Positions 49,173 through 59,123 of a DNA stretch of 64,000 nucleotides are shown here, piece after piece. Made by a program: the position numbers and the translations under genes. The DNA comes from Pseudomonadota bacterium (lineage in GTDB: Bacteria; Pseudomonadota; Alphaproteobacteria; Caulobacterales; Hyphomonadaceae). The stretch covers positions 17,731-81,730 of the forward strand of contig JBCBBC010000005.1 of NCBI GenBank assembly GCA_038532145.1, in the 5' to 3' direction. The notes beneath the pieces are model-generated. The model saw only the letters and a program-made list of their open reading frames with translations, was not told where the DNA came from and did no database searches. Each line of letters begins with the position of its first letter. Positions within the stretch are counted from its first letter, which is position 1.

Positions 49173-50234
49173 CTACTCAAAATTCAATTCATCGTCACCC
49201 AATGGTTCGAAATACCGCGCGACGTCTTCCTCGTTAACGCCCTCCAAGCTGTCGGGTGACCATTTGGGCGCATGATCCTTGTCGATAATCACCGCGCGGA
49301 CCCCTTCGATAAAGTCAGGCGACTGCACCTTGCGCCAGCCAATGCGGTACTCCATCCGCATATTATCTTCAAACGTCTCGCAGGCAGCCCCTTCCCTGAC
49401 CTGGCGCAGGGCGACTTTTACGGTTTCCGGTGACTTGCTGGTGATCGTGCTGACTTGCTTAAGCGCCCAGTCTGAACCGTCTGCGTTCAGCGCGGCAACG
49501 ATCTCTTCCGCGGTGTCGAATCCGAAGCAGCGATCAATCGTGTCCATATGCGCCTCAAAACTCCCGGCTGGCACATTGTGTGTCGCGCGGGACAGGATCT
49601 CGCCAAGCATTTCAGCGGCGCCGGCCGTGAAGTCTGCTTCCGCGATTTGCGCTTTCAGGTTGGGTACGAGTTCAGAAGGCAGAAAATGCGTCGCCACGCC
49701 CGCAGCCACAACTTCCGTCCCCTTCAACCGTTCACCGGTCAGCGCCAGCCACGTGCCGAGTTCCCCCCGCAATCGCGGCAAGAACCAGCCACCGCCAACA
49801 TCCGGAAACAGGCCAATGCCGGTTTCCGGCATGGCGAACAGCGTCCGTTCGGTCGCAATACGATAGGTGCCGTGGACAGAAAGGCCAACGCCGCCGCCCA
49901 TTGTGACTCCATCCATCAGCGCAAGGTAAGGTTTGGGGAAAGCCTCGATGGTGGCGTTCATGCGATATTCTTCTTCAAAGAAGGCGCGCGCCTTGCGTCC
50001 ATCACTCATGCCGCTCTCGCGCAACATCGCAATATCTCCACCGGCACAGAACCCGCGCGTGCCTTCGGCATGGTCGATGACGACAATCTCGACGTTCGGA
50101 TCCTGGGCCCACACGCGGAGGGCGGCGAGAATGGTCTCACACATGTCGAGATTAAGCGCGTGCAGCGCATCGGGGCGGTTGAGCGTTATATAGCCTACGC
50201 CGCCGTCAACTTTGGTCAGGACTGAATCGGTCAT
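49173..50234 (-). CDS. Enoyl-CoA hydratase/isomerase family, 3-hydroxyisobutyryl-CoA hydrolase-like
   Basis: 353 aa with a crotonase fold (FCAGGDI, MDGVTMGGGVGLS). The length and C-terminal extension are typical of HIBCH. Confidence 0.75.
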   Translation of the reverse strand: MTDSVLTKVDGGVGYITLNRPDALHALNLDMCETILAALRVWAQDPNVEIVVIDHAEGTRGFCAGGDIAMLRESGMSDGRKARAFFEEEYRMNATIEAFPKPYLALMDGVTMGGGVGLSVHGTYRIATERTLFAMPETGIGLFPDVGGGWFLPRLRGELGTWLALTGERLKGTEVVAAGVATHFLPSELVPNLKAQIAEADFTAGAAEMLGEILSRATHNVPAGSFEAHMDTIDRCFGFDTAEEIVAALNADGSDWALKQVSTITSKSPETVKVALRQVREGAACETFEDNMRMEYRIGWRKVQSPDFIEGVRAVIIDKDHAPKWSPDSLEGVNEEDVARYFEPLGDDELNFE

Positions 50235-50276
50235 AGCTCCGCGTTAGCGCGGGCTGACGATACGGTCCAGTGCTGG

Positions 50277-51917
50277 CTAGTGTCCGCCCCCGAAGATCCC
50301 GGTGCGGACATTATAGTCGACGGCCAGCTCATAATCCGGGTCATCGACGCTATCGATCATCAATTGCCCGGCCTTGGTCAGAAGACGGTGGCAGTCTTTT
50401 GACAAGTGGCGGAGCTTCAGCGTCTTGCCCTTGGCTTCGTATTTCGCCGCCAGGTCCTCAATTGCCTGCAGAGCGGATTGATCGACCACGCGGGAGCGCA
50501 GGAAGTCGACAATCACAACGTCCGGATCCTCATCGGGATTGAACAGTTCCGAGAAGCCTTCGGTCGAGCCAAAGAAAAGCGGCCCCTCGATTTCATACAC
50601 CGTAGCACCTGGCGTCCGGATGGAATCGCGCTGCAGAATACGAATGCGCTTGGCATTGTTCCAGGCATAGGCGAGTGCACTGACAATCACGCCGACAACC
50701 ACCGCGACCGCGAGGTCCTGCCAGACGGTCACGGCGGTGACCAGGACGATGACGAATGCATCCTTCCACGGGATCTTCGACATGATGCGTAAGCTGTTCC
50801 AGGCAAAGGTGCCGATCACGACCATGAACATGACCCCGACCAGAGTCGCCAGAGGGATCATCTCGATCCATTGCGACCCGATGAGTATAAAGGCGAGCAA
50901 GAACAAGGCTGCCGAGAGGCCGGACAGGCGGGTCCGCCCGCCGGACTTCACGTTGATCATGGACTGCCCGATCATTGCACAGCCGCCCATACCGCCGAAA
51001 AAACCGGTGACGACATTGGCTGTGCCCTGCGCCACGCATTCCTGCGACGCGCCGCCGCGCTGATTGGTAATCTCACCGACCAGGTTGAGCGTCAGGAGGC
51101 TTTCGATCAGGCCAATCGCCGCCAGGATAATCGCATAGGGTAGAATGATCTCAAGCGTTTCCAGGTTCAGCGGTACGGCCGGAACATGCAAGCTTGGCAA
51201 ACCGCCTTTGATACTGGCGAGGTCCCCTACGACGGGCGTATTGATGCCCAGTCCGATCACCAGCGCAGCCACGACCGCAATCCCGGCCAGCGGTGCCGGG
51301 ATAATCTTGGTCAGGCGCGGCAGGCCCCAGATAATGCCCATGGTAAGCGCGATGAGTGATAGCATGATCGCCATATCGGGTGCGGCCAGCCAGTCGCCAT
51401 TCGGCAAGAAGGAATGGCCATCCGGATGCGCCGTGCCAGGCACCTGAAACTGTCCCAACTGGGCGAGGAAGATCACGATGGCCAGGCCGTTTACGAAGCC
51501 GAGCATGACCGGGTGCGGCACAAGTCGGATGAACTTGCCGAGTTTGAAAATGCCGGCGGCGACCTGCAAAATGCCCATCAGGACCACCGTCGCGAACAGA
51601 TATTCCACGCCATGTTGAGCGACCAGAGCGACCATGACCACGGCCAACGCACCTGTCGCGCCGGAGATCATGCCCGGTCGGCCGCCCATCACAGCGGTGA
51701 TCAGACCAACCAGGAACGCCGCATACAATCCGACCAGCGGCTCAACCCCTGCAACGAAGGCAAACGCGACCGCCTCTGGCACCAGGGCGAGCGCTACGGT
51801 TAGCCCTGCAAGCACTTCGGTCTTGATCCGCGCCGGCGTAAACACGGCGCGCTGCGTTTGCGTCCAGCTGGTCAGGTTTATTCGATCTGCATACGCAGCG
51901 AATGTCGTCTTCGCCAT
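50277..51917 (-). CDS. SulP-family anion transporter with C-terminal STAS domain
   Basis: The start at MAKTTFAAYADRI is preferred, although the track ORF extends to 52025. It has a polytopic core and then a STAS domain (VYEIEGPLFFGSTEGF, VVIVDFLRSRVVDQSALQAIEDL). Confidence 0.85.
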   Translation of the reverse strand: MAKTTFAAYADRINLTSWTQTQRAVFTPARIKTEVLAGLTVALALVPEAVAFAFVAGVEPLVGLYAAFLVGLITAVMGGRPGMISGATGALAVVMVALVAQHGVEYLFATVVLMGILQVAAGIFKLGKFIRLVPHPVMLGFVNGLAIVIFLAQLGQFQVPGTAHPDGHSFLPNGDWLAAPDMAIMLSLIALTMGIIWGLPRLTKIIPAPLAGIAVVAALVIGLGINTPVVGDLASIKGGLPSLHVPAVPLNLETLEIILPYAIILAAIGLIESLLTLNLVGEITNQRGGASQECVAQGTANVVTGFFGGMGGCAMIGQSMINVKSGGRTRLSGLSAALFLLAFILIGSQWIEMIPLATLVGVMFMVVIGTFAWNSLRIMSKIPWKDAFVIVLVTAVTVWQDLAVAVVVGVIVSALAYAWNNAKRIRILQRDSIRTPGATVYEIEGPLFFGSTEGFSELFNPDEDPDVVIVDFLRSRVVDQSALQAIEDLAAKYEAKGKTLKLRHLSKDCHRLLTKAGQLMIDSVDDPDYELAVDYNVRTGIFGGGH

Positions 51918-52090
51918 AGTCGGCCTCTGATGTGTCGGAAGGAACGCGGCGTCCCTAGGCCAATTCACGCCTGCGAACCAGCCCTGATTTTCAGACAATA
52001 GAGTTTTGTTGTGATTTTGTGCCAAGCGGAATGGACAAGCTCCCCTGCTTGATCCAGCTTGTGGCCGGAATTCATGACAGGAGTATCAAG

Positions 52091-52876
52091 ATGAAAACGC
52101 TATTCGACATTTCGGGGAAAACCGCCATCGTGACCGGTGGATCGAGCGGCATTGGCGCCATGATTGCTCGCGGTTTCGTCGAGAATGGCGTGAAAACTTA
52201 TATCTCAGCGCGCAAGGAAGGTCCGCTGCACGAGACCGCCGAAGAATTGTCCAAAGTCGGCACTTGTATTCCGGTCCAGGCCGACCTCTCCTCAGTTGAA
52301 GGCATCGAAAAACTGGTCGCTGATGTCTCGGCGCAAGAGTCGCATGTTGATATTCTGATCAATAATGCCGGTGCCAACTGGGTCGTACCACTCGATGATT
52401 TTCCGGAGGCAGGCTGGGACAAGGTGATGAGCATCAATATCAAGTCGATCTTCTTCATGACCCAGAAAGCCCTGCCTTTGTTGCGCGCGAACGCCACCCC
52501 AGAGGATCCCGCGCGAGTCATCAATACCGCGTCCATCCACGGCTTTGATAATCCAGGCATGCCAGCTTACGCTTACTCTGCCAGTAAGTCGGGGGTCATA
52601 CATCTGACCAAACATCTCGCCACTGATCTGGCTGCGGACAATATCAATGTGAACGCTATCGCACCGGGTTTCTTTCCCAGCAATATGACCAAAGCTGCGG
52701 TCAGCAATGACGCGCTCTACAATCACGCAGTGTCGCAAATTCCGCGCAAACGGGCGGGCGAACCGGAAGACGTGGCGGGCACGGCCATCTTCCTGTCTTC
52801 GCGCGCAGGCGCCTGGGTGGATGGGCATACAATCGTGCTGGATGGTGGACAGATTGCGCAATCCGCAAAGGCTTAA
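52091..52876 (+). CDS. Short-chain dehydrogenase/reductase (SDR)
   Basis: Start at MKTLFDISGKTAIVTGGSSGIG (TGxxxGIG), with NNAG and the catalytic YSASK. Confidence 0.85.
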   Translation: MKTLFDISGKTAIVTGGSSGIGAMIARGFVENGVKTYISARKEGPLHETAEELSKVGTCIPVQADLSSVEGIEKLVADVSAQESHVDILINNAGANWVVPLDDFPEAGWDKVMSINIKSIFFMTQKALPLLRANATPEDPARVINTASIHGFDNPGMPAYAYSASKSGVIHLTKHLATDLAADNINVNAIAPGFFPSNMTKAAVSNDALYNHAVSQIPRKRAGEPEDVAGTAIFLSSRAGAWVDGHTIVLDGGQIAQSAKA

Positions 52877-52993
52877 TCCGCGCCTAAGGTCCTGACAAAT
52901 TGGTAATTTTTTTAAAATGAGGTTGCATTCCGTCTGAACACGGATAGTTCTGCCGCGGCTGCGTTATAATTTTTGTTTGAAAGACAATGTGTA

Positions 52994-53611
52994 ATGCAGT
53001 CTCGAATTCTCTATCTTGCGCTCGGCGCAAGCCTTCTTGTTGGCCAAGGCGCACACGCGCAGGACGATCCCCAAGATAAGTTCTATGCCGATATTGGGTA
53101 TAGTCGATTAGGTCCCAACCTGCTCGAATTTGCGAATGACACGGATCCTGAATTTGGTGGCATTGGCGGCCATATCGGCTATCGGTTCTCAGAGCATTGG
53201 AGCATCGAGGGTGAAGCGACGGTCGGTGTCGAAAATGACAAACGCTACTCTACTGAATCTAGCGAATTATTCGTGCGGAATGTACGCACGACAGCGGATC
53301 TGAACGGTCTGATCGGTGTTTACGCGAAAGGCGATCTTCCGGTTGCCAAAAAGCTGAACCTTTTTGGTCGGCTTGGCGCCGTCTACGCCGATTTCGATTC
53401 CGAGGCTCAGCTCATGTTCACGGATCTGCAAACCGAGGAAACCCTGAACTTGACGCTGGATGGAACGAATAGCGAGTTCGGTGCGGCAATCGGGGTTGGC
53501 CTTACCTACGACCTGTCAGACAAGTTGTATCTTCGCAGCGATATTACGCGGATTTATATGGATGATGTCGATATGGACAGTGTCAGTCTTGCGCTCGGGG
53601 TGCGATTCTGA
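52994..53611 (+). CDS. Outer-membrane beta-barrel (porin-family/OmpA-like barrel) protein
   Basis: Signal peptide MQSRILYLALGASLLVGQGAHA, alternating strands and a C-terminal LALGVRF. Confidence 0.7.
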   Translation: MQSRILYLALGASLLVGQGAHAQDDPQDKFYADIGYSRLGPNLLEFANDTDPEFGGIGGHIGYRFSEHWSIEGEATVGVENDKRYSTESSELFVRNVRTTADLNGLIGVYAKGDLPVAKKLNLFGRLGAVYADFDSEAQLMFTDLQTEETLNLTLDGTNSEFGAAIGVGLTYDLSDKLYLRSDITRIYMDDVDMDSVSLALGVRF

Positions 53612-53627
53612 GAGCAAACCGATCGCG

Positions 53628-54488
53628 CTAAGCCTCGAGCGGACAACCTTCAATCGTAATTCGGTGCATGACCCGGCGCTGGCCATGATAGTCATTCATG
53701 GCCCAGTGCCAGGTTGAGCGATTGTCCCACATGGCGATCGAGCCGGGCTTCCACTCAAACCGATGGTGAAAGCCATGGCCGGTAAAGACGTGCGTGTAGA
53801 GCTCTGACAGAAGCTCATCGCTGTCTTTCTTCTCGACGCCAACAACTTCACGCGTGAAGGCCGGATTGACGTAGAGCGCTTTCTTGCCGCTGAGCGGATG
53901 CTTGATAACGATTGGGTGGACAGGGTCGGTGAGCATTTCAGCGACAGCTGAGTTGCCGATCCGGTTCGTGCCATCATCATGGCTGCCCGCATCCGATGTG
54001 TTGTAATAGCTGTCAGGGCCCTCGCCAAAAATATGCTTACCGGAATGCAACGCCGAAAGTCCGTCAATTCGGTCCTTCATCTCATCGCTTAGCGATTCAT
54101 AAGCTTTGTACATAGAGGCAAACATTGTATCGCCGCCCGTCTCGGGCAGTTCGCGCGCGACCAAGACTGAGCCGAGCGCCGGCTCATGATCATACGAGTG
54201 GTCCGTATGCCAGCCGCCGCCAATATTGTCCTTTTGATCCGGCTCCTTTGCGACCAGCGCGATCTGCGGATAGTCTGGATGCGCAGCGAAGAAGCGATTG
54301 ACGTTGATGTCCCCGAACCGTTCCGCGAAGGCGATATGATCGGTCTCTCGCGTATCCTGATCGCGGAAGAAAATCACGCCGTGCTCGGCAAAGGCGGCCT
54401 TCACGTCGGCAAATTCCTGATCGGTCAGGTTTTTAATGTCGACGCCGATAATCTCGGCGCCAAATCCATCTGTTGAAGTAATCTGCAT
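53628..54488 (-). CDS. TauD/TfdA-family Fe(II)/2-oxoglutarate dioxygenase
   Basis: 286 aa with the WHTDHSY facial-triad motif and a distal His/Arg region (WDNRSTWHWA). Confidence 0.8.
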   Translation of the reverse strand: MQITSTDGFGAEIIGVDIKNLTDQEFADVKAAFAEHGVIFFRDQDTRETDHIAFAERFGDINVNRFFAAHPDYPQIALVAKEPDQKDNIGGGWHTDHSYDHEPALGSVLVARELPETGGDTMFASMYKAYESLSDEMKDRIDGLSALHSGKHIFGEGPDSYYNTSDAGSHDDGTNRIGNSAVAEMLTDPVHPIVIKHPLSGKKALYVNPAFTREVVGVEKKDSDELLSELYTHVFTGHGFHHRFEWKPGSIAMWDNRSTWHWAMNDYHGQRRVMHRITIEGCPLEA

Positions 54489-54559
54489 CTCATTCCTCCG
54501 CGCGCCTCATCTATTGGAAGCGTCTTCGAGGAGATGTTAGTCGCCTGACGCTGCGGACG

Positions 54560-55684
54560 TCAATTCTGTGCGAAACAAGGCAGAACCTGATTTTCAAAAT
54601 ACGGTGCCTGATCGACCCAGAACATGTAATCGACGCGCAGGAAGTCTTTCGCAAAAGCCTGCAGCATCGGAACTTGCGACTGCGTTTCCAACCCGCCTTC
54701 ATTGCGGTCCTGGAAATGCGCATCTGCGCCGGTGCCACCGATATAGTTGCCATCTTGAATAGCAATCCCGAGGGGCGCGGTATAGGTGCCCTCACGCATC
54801 AGCGCGATGGGATGGTTGAGTTGCGCGCGTCGTTTGACGAGCAGGTCAGGCGCTCCGAGGCCGACGCCAATCTCCTCCCCCAATGCGTAAATGCCGCGCA
54901 AATAGCCTTCATCTTCCCAGGGCAACCATTCGTTCGGCATGAAGTTGGCGTATTGCAAGGTCGTCGAAGTCGGAAACGCCGATTTCAGCGCGCGCATATT
55001 CTCTTGTATGGCTTCGGCATAAAGCGCTGGCGCGAAAGTCGGATCTGTTTCGGGCGCGACGTCGATTGCGGTCTCCTGCAGATTGATGCCTTCTATCTCA
55101 CCGTCAAACGCCTCGCCCAAAGCCGTCAGCAGGGCATGAAATCGTTCCTGAACCCTCGGATTCCAGCGTTTTGAAATCCAGCCAATGGTGGCGCCATTGG
55201 CGCGATATGGCACCAGACCGCCATCATAAGACTCTGACAGCATATAGTCCGGAAGCGGCTTATAGCTGGCCGAGAACGTCACGTCCTGAAGTTGGATAAA
55301 CAGCTTCTTCCCATGTGATTTAAGGTAATCGATATCAGACCGGATGATCGAGAAGTCATATACACCTTCGGCCGTTTCCAACTGGCGCCAGGCATACATG
55401 ATCTGCGCGCCCTCGAAACGCTCATGCTCCAGGAAGGCATGCCCGCGCATCCGACCTCGGTCGCGGGTAAAATAGGCGAAGTGGGAAATCCCATCCTGCC
55501 CAATCGGACAGGCCGCATCGCTATAGTCCTTATAGACTTCTGCATATTTATCAGCCGGATTATTCCACCCCTGGGCATAGGCGCCTAATACGCAGAGCAA
55601 GCTCAAGCCAATATAGATCGTATTTCGTACCGCCTGCATCTGCATCCCTCGCTCAAGTATTGAGCGAATGGGTCTGCCCATCAA
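54560..55684 (-). CDS. Secreted hypothetical protein, possibly glycoside-hydrolase-like TIM barrel
   Basis: 374-aa ORF. The likely start is the internal MQMQAVRNTIYIGLSLLCVLGAYAQG signal peptide. The fold guess is weak. Confidence 0.45.
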   Translation of the reverse strand: MMGRPIRSILERGMQMQAVRNTIYIGLSLLCVLGAYAQGWNNPADKYAEVYKDYSDAACPIGQDGISHFAYFTRDRGRMRGHAFLEHERFEGAQIMYAWRQLETAEGVYDFSIIRSDIDYLKSHGKKLFIQLQDVTFSASYKPLPDYMLSESYDGGLVPYRANGATIGWISKRWNPRVQERFHALLTALGEAFDGEIEGINLQETAIDVAPETDPTFAPALYAEAIQENMRALKSAFPTSTTLQYANFMPNEWLPWEDEGYLRGIYALGEEIGVGLGAPDLLVKRRAQLNHPIALMREGTYTAPLGIAIQDGNYIGGTGADAHFQDRNEGGLETQSQVPMLQAFAKDFLRVDYMFWVDQAPYFENQVLPCFAQN

Positions 55685-55712
55685 ATCAGGTCTTTTCGTG
55701 GCGGCGGACCGG

Positions 55713-56852
55713 TTAGCCTTTCAGCATATCCCGGCTGACAATCACGCGCATGATCTCATTCGTGCCTTCGAGGATCTGATGCACCCGTAAATCGCGGACA
55801 ATTTGCTCGACGCCATATTCTGACAGATAGCCATAACCGCCATGAATTTGCAGCGCATCATTCGCGACCTTGAAACCCGTATCCGTCACCAGGCGTTTCG
55901 CCATGGCACACCAACGCGTCGCATCTGCCGCTCTCGCGTCCAGTTTTGACGCAGCTTCGTACAGCATCACACGCGCGGCTTGCAGTTCTGTTTCCATATC
56001 CGCCAGCTTGAACTGGATCGCCTGGAAGTCCGCGATGGGCTGGCCGAACTGTTTGCGCTCCTTGGCATAGTCCAGCGCTTTGTCGAGCGCGCGCTGCGCC
56101 CCGCCGAGCGAACAGGCGGCAATATTCAGCCGGCCGCCATCCAGACCCGCCATGGCAAACTTGAATCCCTGCCCTTCGTCGCCAATCCGATGGGCCGCGG
56201 GGATACGAACATCGTCGAGCAGAACCTGTTTGGTCGGCTGCGAGTTCCAGCCCATTTTCTTCTCATTATTGCCAAAGCTCAGGCCCGGCGTGCCGAGCGG
56301 AATAATGAAAGCCGACACGCCGCGCGCGCCCGCATCGGAGGTCTTCGCCATAAGGACATAGACATCGCTGGTTCCCGCGCCAGATATGAATTGTTTGGAC
56401 CCATTGAGCACATATTCGTCGCCGTCGCGCACCGCCGTAGTCTTCATGGCGGCGGCATCAGACCCCGACCCCGGTTCGGTCAGACAATAGGAGGCGATCA
56501 GCTCCATAGAAGTCAGCTTTGGCAGCCACGTCTTGCGTTGCTCATCATTGCCAAAGCGGTCAATCATCCAGCTCGCCATATTGTGGATCGAAATGAATGC
56601 CGCGGTCGAGACATCGCCGTAGGATAATTGCTCGAAAATCAGCGCGGCATCGAGCCGGCCAAGCGCCGATCCACCGACATCCTCGCCGACATATATGCCG
56701 GCAAAACCGAGCTCTGCGGTGTCTTTAATGACGTCCACGGGAAAGTGTTTCTCTTCATCCCAGGATGATGTGTGCGGCGCGAGCCGGTCGCTCGCAAATC
56801 GCTTTGCCATATCCTGAATCATGACCTGTTCTTCTGTCAGGCGAGTGGTCAT
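55713..56852 (-). CDS. Acyl-CoA dehydrogenase (short/branched-chain, isobutyryl-CoA dehydrogenase-like)
   Basis: 379 aa with ACAD motifs (CLTEPGSGSDAAAM, QIHGGYGY) and a catalytic Glu region near the C-terminus. Confidence 0.85.
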   Translation of the reverse strand: MTTRLTEEQVMIQDMAKRFASDRLAPHTSSWDEEKHFPVDVIKDTAELGFAGIYVGEDVGGSALGRLDAALIFEQLSYGDVSTAAFISIHNMASWMIDRFGNDEQRKTWLPKLTSMELIASYCLTEPGSGSDAAAMKTTAVRDGDEYVLNGSKQFISGAGTSDVYVLMAKTSDAGARGVSAFIIPLGTPGLSFGNNEKKMGWNSQPTKQVLLDDVRIPAAHRIGDEGQGFKFAMAGLDGGRLNIAACSLGGAQRALDKALDYAKERKQFGQPIADFQAIQFKLADMETELQAARVMLYEAASKLDARAADATRWCAMAKRLVTDTGFKVANDALQIHGGYGYLSEYGVEQIVRDLRVHQILEGTNEIMRVIVSRDMLKG

Positions 56853-56913
56853 GGCTTTTGGCCCTCTTTATGCTTATCTGGCGGCAGACATGCCATAGGG
56901 GATTCGTTCGTCA

Positions 56914-57486
56914 ATGTCTGACCTTCCGGAAGGATATTCCATCACCGCCGGTGAATTGGATGATATTGCTGCGCTGATCGCCGTGGACAAGGCTGCTTCT
57001 GCCCTGTTCGCGACGACCGGTTTGCTGCAACCTTCCGCACTGGAAGACCACGTTCCCGCTGAAGTGTTCGAGCAAGAAATTCCGAAATTCAACGTTTTTG
57101 TCGCGCGCAATCAACACGGTTGGGCCGTCGGCTTTGCCTTGATCCGTCTGCGCGGCAATGGGCTTTATCTCGACCAGGTCAGTGTCCATCCCGATCATGG
57201 GCAGAACGGTATTGGCCGTGCGCTCGTTATTCGCGTGCTGACCGAGGCCGAAGCGCGCAAACTGCCACATGTCAGCCTGTCCACGTTCCGCGATGTCGCC
57301 TGGAACGGGCCTTTCTATGCCTCGCTCGGCTTCAAAGAAATTCCGCGCGAAAAGCTGGAACCCTATATGATTGAGATTGAGGACGCGCAGAAACCCTTTA
57401 TGGACGTATCCACACGCTGTTTCATGCGGCGCAAAGTTCGTCGAAACCTGTTCCGGTTCGGCAGTCCGAAAGTGGAGCCAGAATGA
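56914..57486 (+). CDS. GNAT-family N-acetyltransferase
   Basis: 190 aa with an acetyl-CoA-binding pattern (VSVHPDHGQNGIGRALV). Its end overlaps the hemB start by 4 nt. Confidence 0.75.
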   Translation: MSDLPEGYSITAGELDDIAALIAVDKAASALFATTGLLQPSALEDHVPAEVFEQEIPKFNVFVARNQHGWAVGFALIRLRGNGLYLDQVSVHPDHGQNGIGRALVIRVLTEAEARKLPHVSLSTFRDVAWNGPFYASLGFKEIPREKLEPYMIEIEDAQKPFMDVSTRCFMRRKVRRNLFRFGSPKVEPE

Positions 57487-58484
57487 ACTCGATCCCACCG
57501 CAATCCTTTCCCGCCACGCGTCTGAGACGTTTACGACAGTCGGGCTGGATACGCGCCCTGACGGCCGAACATGTTCTGACCCCGGCTGATCTGATCTGGT
57601 CCATGGTCGTGCATGATGGCGAGACGCCGCGCATCCCGGTGACCGCCATGCCGGGCCTGGAGCGCTTGAACGTTGCCGAAGCCGCTGCAGCCGCCAAACG
57701 CGCGAGCGCGCTGGGGATCCCGGCGATCGCCATTTTCCCGCATATCGATCCGAAACATAAGGATGAAGAAGGCAGCGAGAGCCTCAATCCCGACGGCCTG
57801 ATCCCGACCGTGATCAAGGCGATGAAAGATGCCGCACCAGAAGTTGGCGTGATCTGCGATGTCGCGCTGGATCCCTTTACCAGCCATGGCCATGACGGCC
57901 TGATTGATGAAGCCGGCTATGTGCTGAACGATGAAACCAGCGCGGTTCTGGTCGAACAGGCTTTGGTTCAGGCAGAGGCCGGGGCGGATGTCGTCGCCCC
58001 GTCCGATATGATGGATGGGCGTATCGGGGCGATCCGTGCGGCGCTCGAAGAATCTGGCTTCTCCAATACACTGATCCTGTCTTACGCGGCCAAATATGCC
58101 AGCGGCTTTTACGGCCCCTATCGCGAGGCGATCGGTTCGGCGACGGCCTTGATCGGCGACAAGAAGACCTATCAACAGGACCCCGCCAATACGGATGAGG
58201 CCATGCGCGAAGTCGCCATGGATCTCGCTGAGGGTGCTGACATGGTCATGGTCAAACCGGGCCTGCCTTATCTCGACATCGTTCGCCGGGTCTCAGAGAC
58301 CTTCCAGGTCCCGACGTTCGCATTTCAGGTCTCGGGCGAATATGCGATGATCCAGGCCGCCGCGCAGAATGGCTGGATTGATGGCGACCGCGTGATGATG
58401 GAAACCCTGCTCAGCTTCAAACGCGCCGGCGCGACGGGTGTGATCACATATTTTGCGGAGGCTGCCGCGCAAAAGCTCACCTAA
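57483..58484 (+). CDS. hemB: Porphobilinogen synthase (delta-aminolevulinate dehydratase)
   Basis: 333 aa with RLRRLR near the N-terminus, active-site Lys regions (MVKPG, SYAAKYAS) and PSDMMDGR. Confidence 0.95.
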   Translation: MNSIPPQSFPATRLRRLRQSGWIRALTAEHVLTPADLIWSMVVHDGETPRIPVTAMPGLERLNVAEAAAAAKRASALGIPAIAIFPHIDPKHKDEEGSESLNPDGLIPTVIKAMKDAAPEVGVICDVALDPFTSHGHDGLIDEAGYVLNDETSAVLVEQALVQAEAGADVVAPSDMMDGRIGAIRAALEESGFSNTLILSYAAKYASGFYGPYREAIGSATALIGDKKTYQQDPANTDEAMREVAMDLAEGADMVMVKPGLPYLDIVRRVSETFQVPTFAFQVSGEYAMIQAAAQNGWIDGDRVMMETLLSFKRAGATGVITYFAEAAAQKLT

Positions 58485-58876
58485 TCCCAGGAGCTTGGAC
58501 CATCCGTTTTGCCGCCATCGCAATTATAACCGAGCACAAATGTGTTGCTCGATAATGAACTCGTGCCATGAAACACTTTGCACGTACCATTACCTTTCAG
58601 GATCGCTTTGACCGTATTGCAGGACAGAGAAAAACCTTCGGTAATGCCATTCGTCGAACTGACTTTGACCCGATCGAAAGTCTTCTCATATTTGTTTTCC
58701 ATATTCATGGTATTCTTGGCACCCGCTGCAATTGTTAGCTGGTTGCCTGCCTTGTCGCCATTGGATTTCAGCGCTTTCACCTTGATCGTCTGAGCCGCCG
58801 AAGATTGGCTAGCCGCCAGAATCCCCGCTGCCATCGCCTGTATGATTTTTGAACTGGATATTGCACTTGCCTCCAT
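58481..58876 (-). CDS. Hypothetical Cys-containing protein (weak signal-like N-terminus)
   Basis: 131-aa ORF with four Cys in the C-terminal half and no recognisable family. The upstream out-of-frame signal-peptide ORF is treated in the findings. Confidence 0.4.
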   Translation of the reverse strand: MEASAISSSKIIQAMAAGILAASQSSAAQTIKVKALKSNGDKAGNQLTIAAGAKNTMNMENKYEKTFDRVKVSSTNGITEGFSLSCNTVKAILKGNGTCKVFHGTSSLSSNTFVLGYNCDGGKTDGPSSWD

Positions 58877-58976
58877 CCCAACAGGGCAAAGTCGTAATAT
58901 CGCAAGCTGACGCCGGACCCGCCATCAGGAGGATGCTTACAGCCACCCCAGCAACGATCTGTGACTTTCGGGACAT
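58809..58976 (-). CDS. Candidate small secreted Cys-rich peptide, or the frameshifted 5' end of the downstream ORF
   Basis: My own translation gives MSRKSQIVAGVAVSILLMAGPASACDITTLPCWDGGKCNIQFKNHTGDGSGDSGG*, 55 aa, below the track cut-off. It has a canonical Sec signal with an ASA cleavage site and overlaps the 131-aa ORF by 68 nt in another frame. Confidence 0.35.
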   Translation of the reverse strand: MSRKSQIVAGVAVSILLMAGPASACDITTLPCWDGGKCNIQFKNHTGDGSGDSGG

Positions 58977-59123
58977 CTAACGACCTTTCTTTGTCCCGAT
59001 GCATAAAGGCGTTCGGGCGCGCTTAGCCTAAGCCGCGAGAAGAACAATTCGCACTGTCGAATTCGACAGGCATTTCATTGTATTGAGATACAGTGCTAAA
59101 CAGAGACGAAGTCAGGAGGCCTC

